Source: the human T2T-CHM13v2.0 reference genome, Homo sapiens. From it: 64,000 bases of DNA. Each line of letters opens with the position of its first letter. Positions within the stretch are counted from its first letter, which is position 1. The stretch is from the NCBI RefSeq assembly GCF_009914755.1, contig NC_060932.1, one strand, 5' to 3'. The notes beneath the pieces are model-generated. The model searched no databases and was not told the DNA's origin. It saw nothing but the letters and a program-made list of their open reading frames with translations. The position numbers and the translations under genes were made by a program. Positions 50,965 to 64,000 of this stretch are shown here, piece after piece.

Positions 50965-51500
50965 CTTGTTGCCTCGGACGCCGCTGCGCTCACCGCCCAT
51001 CCACAGGCCGCGCCCCGCCCACAGATCTAGGCCCCACCCCCGCCCTCCAATAGGACTCGCCTCCCCGTCCCCACCCTCGCCGATTGGTTACTGGGACGGC
51101 ACACTCCGGCCGGCTTTTTGTCCGCACTCTACAAGTTCGCAAGGCGCGGGAACCCCGCCTCTCGCTGCTTATTGGCCCGAAAGGGCTATGCCGCCCCTCA
51201 CTGCCCATTGGCTGAGAGAAACTGGGGGCGGGGCCGTAAGGGGCGGGGCCGGCGGGGTACTCGCGCTCGGAGAGGCCGGAGGAGCGGGGAGGGGTCCCGG
51301 TCGCGCGTGCGAGGAGCACATGTTGGTTTTCCGGAGGGGAGGGGTAGCGAAGCGGGTTGCGGGGCTGGTCCAGAGCGTGCGGTCACTGAGGCCCCGCCGA
51401 CCACAGACGGTGGAGCTGCGGGGAAGCACTGGGGGCGGAGACCCAGGTCACGGAGAGCAGGCCAGGGCCAGGGGCCTGAGACCGACGGAGGGGACAGTCG
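50650..51500. promoter_or_regulatory. PYCR3 promoter CpG island with four CCAAT boxes and GC boxes
   Basis: CCAAT at 51047; ATTGG at 51083, 51171 and 51207; GGGGCGGGG twice at ~51224-51248. Confidence 0.8.
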
Positions 51501-51625
51501 GGGAGGGGGTACTCGTCACTTTTAATGACACAAGGAAAACAAGGCTTGAAGATCTGAGTGCGGTTTTTTCATCATCCAGTCTAAAGCTGCATGTTACATA
51601 TGTTATTTTCTTTTGAAGCCTTTGA

Positions 51626-51930
<305 letters not shown>

Positions 51931-54050
51931 AAGCCTTTGACATTTTCTAAGCTCTTCAGTAATGAAATCCTCTCATTGATTCAACATTCACTGTGCAGCT
52001 GCAGCCTCTGGGCCCTGCTCTGGGCCTGGGCAAGATCACCCCACGGCAGCAGATGGGACAGGCTGGACCCCACCCTGCAGCCCTGCTTGGTGGCAGTGTA
52101 GACAGACTACAGTCAGCACACACGCAGGACAGCCAGTGTGTCAAGGTTCTGAAGCAAATGAGGTGGAAAGGGACAGAAAGCCACCAGGAGGCTGCTTCGG
52201 CCACTGCAGCCGAGAAATGTGGGTGGTGGACACTTTGCACCAGCACACAGCGTCAGCAGCTGTATCTCCTGCCACCTCGGATCCTCCCAGCCCCTTCCCA
52301 CAGACTCCCTGGATTTTCTCCCAGGCCCCCTGGGCCAGTGATGGCTCAGGACCAAGGCTGTGGGGAGGTGAGAGGGGCCAGAGGCATCCAGTGCCATGCC
52401 ATCATACATAAGGACAAAGCTCATCATAAACAAGTGGACTGAGGCGAGGTGAAGGAGGATTGCTGGCTGAGTGCCCAGGGCCACAGTGGGTAAAAGGAGG
52501 CCCAGGGGCCCAGCCCCGTTCAGCTTCTCCATCCCATGCCGGGCTGGGCTTCTGAGCATCAGCTGGGAGCCCTCAGCTGACGTGGACACCCAGCCAGCCA
52601 AGGCTTGTGTCCAGGGCACCTCTCTGCTCTTGGCTGGGCTTCTTCCCACTGTTCACCTGGTGGATCCAAGCAGCCACATAGGCGCCACCCTCTCCAGGAG
52701 GCCTTTCCTGAACCCCCACATGGGCAGAGCCTTTATCCACAAAGGGCTGGGGCCAGGGGATACACTGTGAACGAGGCCAACCCGTCTCCTGGAGCTCGAG
52801 GTCCTGGGGTGTCAGCGGGAGGGTTAGGGGTTGAGGCGGGGCTCCCAGAGGTTTCCAGACAAACAATCCCAGCAGGGCAGGGTGGATGCTCCGAGAGGCG
52901 CTGTGAAGGTGCCATCAGGGAAGGTGTTTTGGAGGCTGGGCCACCTCAGCTGAGGCCTAAAAGGTAGGGAGGCCTTGACCCAAGAGGGGGCCAGTCTCAG
53001 GGGAGGCCTGGAGGACACCTCGGCTTGCTGGACACAAAGGGACAGTGAGAGATGAGGTGAGCGGTTGGCTGGGTGCAGGACACACTGGTCTGGACTCAGT
53101 GCCGGGACAGGGAGGACACATCACCGCTGCCGGAATGAACGAAGAAGTGAAGCAGCAGGTCCTACCTGCAGCCAAAAGGCATCATGTGCGTGAAGACGGC
53201 ACAGGGCGCCCAGGAGAGGGACCCTGAGGACGTGGGCCCAGAGTTGGGCCAGGAGCCAGGGAGGGCATCTGGGTCCTGGATGCAGTGGACCAGAGGGTTC
53301 TGGCATAGGGGCTCCCTCTGTGCGAGGCACTGAGAAAGGGGGCGACGGGCAAGCCGGGGCCTGGAGCCCAGTGCTCCTGGTCCATACCCCAGCGCCACCC
53401 TGCCTGGCTGAGGCACTGGCCCGGGAACCATTCTGGACTTTGCTGTCTCCCCTCTGAGAATGGACGGGGGCGGCGAGCAATGACACCCCACCTCTGGTGG
53501 CTGGAGCTGACCTGTCCAGCAGGCACCTGTCCCTCTCCATGGGATAAGGCCAGGTGGGGGACCCACGCCCAAGCCTGAGAGCCACAGAGAGGAGGGGCCA
53601 GGCCAGGGGAAGCCCGAGCCACCCAATCATCAGCCTCCCCTCATATCCATCCATGGGCTCAGCTCGGCTGGCTCACTAGACGTTTCTGGCCCACTAGACC
53701 AGCTTCCCCAGAGCCCTCAGGCTGAGGCAGGGAGGTCCGGGTGAGCTCAAGTTACTCAGGCCTGCAGGTGGCCACATGTGGAGGGGCTGGGACTGGCCCT
53801 GCCCTGCACATCCTTGTCCAGCTGACAGTCCACACCAGTCTCACTGCTGCCTGCCTGCTGCCTGCCCACGTGTGCCTTCCCATCTCCAGCCTCTGCGGCC
53901 TTTCCACCCCAGGGAGTCACCAGCTCTTGGGGGCTGAACAGTAAGCCAGGGGGATAGTGGGTCCTGGGACTGGCCAGGCTAGGGGGCAGTCCCTGGGTGT
54001 GGGGGACGGCTCAGCACAGAGCTGCCAAGGCCAGGCCTGTGAAAATGCAC

Positions 54051-54056
54051 TTTATT
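54051..54056 (-). terminator. GFUS polyadenylation signal AATAAA
   Basis: TTTATT on the + strand, ~270 nt past the stop. Confidence 0.85.
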
Positions 54057-54326
54057 GGCTCCCAGGGAGTGGGATGCAGGATCAGAGTGGACACGCGCAG
54101 GGGGCTGGTGTGGGGAGCAAAGCGCCGGGCCTGCCCCGGACCCTGGTTTCCCTGAGGACCAACGTGAATGGGGGCCCCACTGGAAAGATGCTTGGGGCTG
54201 CAGAGCGGATGGAATGCAGGCCCAGGTTGCTGGGTGGTGCCCTCAGCTCCTGGCAGGGTTGACGGGTGGTGGCCGCTGGGCTCTGCCAGCCGATGGTCCG
54301 CTGGCACCTGATCCTGTCTTCCAGCT

Positions 54327-58180
<3,854 letters not shown>

Positions 58181-58649
58181 TCATCCTTTGGAGCCCCACT
58201 CTTCTGTGGCAACTGGCACAGAGTGAGGCCCTCAGAGTGGGGCATAGTCCACTGGCAACCAGAAAGACCCAGCTGGACCGAGGCACTCCCTCGTCGCAGC
58301 CCTGTTCCCCTGGGAGCTCTCAGCCTACAGCGCCGCAGGGGTCCTGAGCTACCACCCAGCCCAGAGCAGCTGGTCCCAACCCACGACTCCCCACTAGGCC
58401 GAGAAAAGGTACATTCTACTCCCCTCTGACTGACAAGAGGGGAGGCAGACAACCTTGGGACGGGGGCTCCTGGCACAGGTCGTTAACACGGTTCGCAGCT
58501 AAAGCCCGCATGCTAGGGACAGGCACGAGACGGCGCCTGTGTGCAGCCCACGCCCACTCGAGGCTGGCTGGTCCTGGAGAGCCCTGGCGAGCCAGATTCC
58601 TCCAGGGCAGGACAGGCCTCGGGGCGCAGCCACCCTCAAGGATCCCATC

Positions 58650-59740
58650 CTGGGAGCCGGAAACCTGCTCGGGCTCCCCCGGCAGGGCCCCAGGGCCAGC
58701 CCTTAGGGGAGGGGGCCCTGCGCAGGCGTCGCGCGGCTCCCAAGCACGCGGGGAGACCTCACCGCAGCCAGACCCTCTACCACAGCCCCAGGCTGCCCCC
58801 ATGCCCCTCGATCCCAGACCCCCACAGCGCTCCCTGACTCTCACGGAACATCCAGGGCCCAGGGCGCGGCTGAGTCCGGTGCCACCTCACCTGCGTCCAG
58901 CCCCACCGCCGGCTCCCCGACAGCGGCTTCCGGCCGGGTGCGCTCCGGCTGCCCGCGGAGCCAGGTGGGGGGCGGGGCCGGGAGGCTGGGGCGGGGCACT
59001 CTGGGAAATGGAGTCCCGGGGGCGCGCAGCGTCCCGGGCACAGCTGGGACTTGGAGTCCGCGGCCGCAAAGCCGCTTGGGAAGCGCAGTCTCGTCCGCCG
59101 GCCGCGCGCGGGCGGGTCCCCGGACGAAGTCCCGGGCCGCAACCTCTTTAGCCCGCGGGGCGCTGGGCCCAGGCCCTGCTTGGGACGGCGGAAGGACACG
59201 AGACGAGGGCCAGCCGGCAGCGCCGCGCGGGATGCCCGCGGCGTCGGAAGGAGCCTCGCCGGCGCTGGGGCCAGGCGGGCTTACGCTGCGGCGTCTCCCT
59301 TTGCTCCCCTTCCCTCCCAGGGTTCCGCCCCCGAATACGCAGACCTCGCGCCGCAGCCTCTTGGATTCCGGCCGCGATGAGGAGCCCGGGTTGTCGTCCC
59401 AAGCACTTGCACTGTCACCCGCGCCCATGGGTACGCCCAGGCTCGGGCAGCAAGCAGCAAACAACACCAGAGTTACGGCGAATCACGTTGGGTGACTGTG
59501 GGTGACAGCGGGTCACGGCGGGTTAAGAAGGATCACATCGGATCACGATGGGTCACGGCGAGTCAAGGAGGGTCGCGGCGGCTCACAGTGGTTCCCACGG
59601 TCGCGCTGCGAGCCGCCAGCTGCTCCTGCCCTCAGCTCAGAGCCCAGTCCTGCTGCCTGGGGCGGGAGGGGGTGGCAGCGCGGCCCTGACATCGAGAGGC
59701 CACCGTCATCGTCTTCCATCGAAAGGCGTTTAAAAGCAGT
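58650..59740. promoter_or_regulatory. GFUS promoter CpG island with non-coding exon 1 (donor at 58891/58890), an ETS site and three ZNF143/SBS-like motifs
   Basis: CAG|GTGAG donor; CCGGAAG at ~58927-58933; ACTCCATTTCCCAG (59014-59001), ACTCCAAGTCCCAG (59057-59044), ACTGCGCTTCCCAA (~59089-59076). Confidence 0.75.
59470..59590. repeat. Degenerate 10-bp tandem array, 12 units, consensus GGGTCACGGC
   Basis: Strict 10-nt period with no indels, read directly. Confidence 0.85.
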
Positions 59741-59743
59741 CAC

Positions 59744-60105
<362 letters not shown>

Positions 60106-60280
60106 CTATGAAAGGACGTTTCATGATGATAACGTTTAAAGACATCCGTAAGGCGATGGCTTTTATCTGACTGGAAGTTAGCAAAACATTAGAGATGACT
60201 GAAGTGAGTCGCTGCTGGGTATGTCCACCTGCTCTGGTGATGGGCAGGCAGCGTTGCTTAATAAAGATTTCACAATTTTA

Positions 60281-60633
<353 letters not shown>

Positions 60634-60739
60634 TTAGTTTTCTTCATTTCAGCAGTTACTAATTATGATATTAAAGTCACATAATTTGTATTCTGTTGAC
60701 CATAGTGTCGAACTACACAATCTTTCTCAAGTCATTGTA

Positions 60740-61906
<1,167 letters not shown>

Positions 61907-61979
61907 AGTCATGGATTTTTATATATAATGTTTAATTTCACTTTATAATCACCACCTTTATAGAGCGCTGCTCACCATC

Positions 61980-62277
61980 TGTCTTAGTCTGTTCAGGTCT
62001 CTGAAGCACAGAGTGGATGGCTGTAAACAACAGAAATTTATTTCTCACAGATCTGGAGGTTGGGAAGTGCAGGAACCAGGTGCTGGCAGATTCCGTGTCT
62101 GGTGTGGCCACTTCCTGGTTCAAGATGGCATCTGTGTCCTCGCCTGCTGGAAAGGGCCAGGAGCCTTTCTCTAGCCTCCTTTATGAGAGCAGTCATCCCA
62201 TCCCAAAGTCCTCACCTCCTCATACCATCACCTTCGGGGTTAGGATTTCAACAGATAACAAACATTCAGGCCATAGA
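61980..62277 (-). mobile_element. MaLR LTR (MLT1A/MSTD-like)
   Basis: TGTCTTAGTCTGTTCAGG..AAACAACAGAAATTTATTTCTCACAG..CCATCACCTT.GGGGTTAGGATTTCAACA..AAACATTCAG.CCATAG. Confidence 0.8.
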
Positions 62278-62944
62278 TAGCGCCGTGTCTTACAGCAACA
62301 GTCTTTCTCATGCTCCTTCAGGCTTCCCAGTGCTGGAGTATTGTAAACAAAAAGAAAAAGAGCAGGAAGATAGTCTGTCTGTTCACATCTCTCTTTGATT
62401 GGCCCTATACCTTAATCTCTAACAGTCAGAAAATCCTTTATGCTAAAATTACCTTAGGATTATTTATGTGAGAATTTTCTCCTTCATAGTCATACAAACA
62501 TTTTTGTGCCAATTTCCCCTATTTTATTGGTATGCCACTCTTGTGTATTTCATGTGCAGCTTTTTCAATTTAGAAAAATATTTTCTCTAAAATTAAAGAA
62601 ATGTGTTTTAAAATCCTTTCGAAAGTGAATTTGTCAGTCTTTCTGCTTGGGTTTTGGTGAGCTTTCTCTAACATTATTAATGACCTACAGTTCATATCAA
62701 ATAGCTGTGGCAGTGAACATTCAAAATTAATTTTGTTTCCCATGAAAGACAATTAGGTATTCATCTGGGTATCCTACACCATTTCCCTTCTCTCTCAGAG
62801 CTTCTCAAATCCTGTCTACATCGTATCTGATGCTTTTGACATGTCACTATTCCTATTCTGTGTCCAAGCAGGGAAGGGTTCAAGGTCAAAACGGATCCAG
62901 ATTTCTTCAAGATGTTCCATCTTTGGGCGAACTTAAGAAATATT

Positions 62945-63095
62945 GGGCCGGGCGCGGTGGCTCATGCCTACAATCCCAGCATCTTTGGGAGGCTAAAGCA
63001 GGAGGATCCCTTGAGCCCAGGAGTTTGAAGCTGTAGTGAGCTGTGATTGTGCCACGGCACTCTAGCCTGGGGACGGAGTGAGAACTTTTCTCTTA
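62945..63095 (+). mobile_element. Alu monomer (FRAM/AluJ-like)
   Basis: GGCCGGGCGCGGTGGCTCA..TTGAGCCCAGGAGTTTGA..CTAGCCTGGG. Confidence 0.8.
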
Positions 63096-63145
63096 AGAAA
63101 AAGAAGAGATAATAATAGCATTTGTAATTTTGAATTGTTTTAAGG

Positions 63146-63477
63146 CAGCGGTCCACAGCCTTTTTGGCACCGGGGATTGGTTTTGTGGAAGACAATTTTT
63201 CCATGGACCAGGGCGGGGGTGGTTTCAGGACGAAACTGTTCCACCTCAGATCCTCAGGCATTGGATTCTCATAAGGAGCGCACAACCTAGATCCCTTGTC
63301 TGCACAGTTCACAATAGGGTTGGTGCTCCGATGAGAATCTGATGCCACACTGATACCAGAGGAGGCAGAGTTCAAGCTGAAATGCTCACTCGCCTGGCCT
63401 CACCTCCTGCTATGTGGCCCAGTTCCTAACAGGCCACAGACCGGAACTGGTCCATAGCCTGGGGGTTGGGGATCCCT
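63146..63477. mobile_element. MER1B-like hAT-Charlie element
   Basis: CAGCGGTCC..CTTTTTGGCACC.GGGA..GTGGAAGACAATTTTTCCATGGAC..GGGGGTTGGGGATCCCT. Confidence 0.8.
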
Positions 63478-63549
63478 CTTATAAGGAATATCACTGGTCT
63501 CAGATGTGCAGTTGAATCCACATCTCTTAGTAACAAATTAAAACAATGT

Positions 63550-64000
<451 letters not shown>

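Overview
GC-rich, Alu-containing human genomic DNA. Gene content and order match chr8q24.3. I reconstructed seven protein-coding genes exon by exon from GT-AG boundaries, and each gives a complete reading frame of the expected length: GSDMD (+, 484 aa; first exon lies upstream of the window), MROH6 (-, 719 aa), NAPRT (-, 538 aa), EEF1D (-, 281-aa short and 647-aa long isoforms), TIGD5 (+, intronless, 642 aa, head-to-head with EEF1D), PYCR3 (-, 274 aa) and GFUS/TSTA3 (-, 321 aa). Around them are many Alus, MaLR LTRs, hAT-Charlie DNA transposon fossils and several minisatellites. I found no new gene family. The most interesting signals are architectural: (1) a NAPRT intronic minisatellite made of tandem copies of the exon 9 splice acceptor, all out of frame; (2) five extra copies of the eEF1B-delta N-terminal motif in the long EEF1D exon; (3) a 14-nt EEF1D 5'UTR microexon with neural-microexon hallmarks that supplies the Kozak context of the long isoform; (4) a U12-type intron in GFUS whose only in-frame stop lies in its own branch site; (5) a 10-bp-period array of nuclear-receptor-like half-sites upstream of GFUS; (6) symmetric GSDMD linker exons around the caspase site. 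Gene names and repeat families are recognised from memory, not from a database search.
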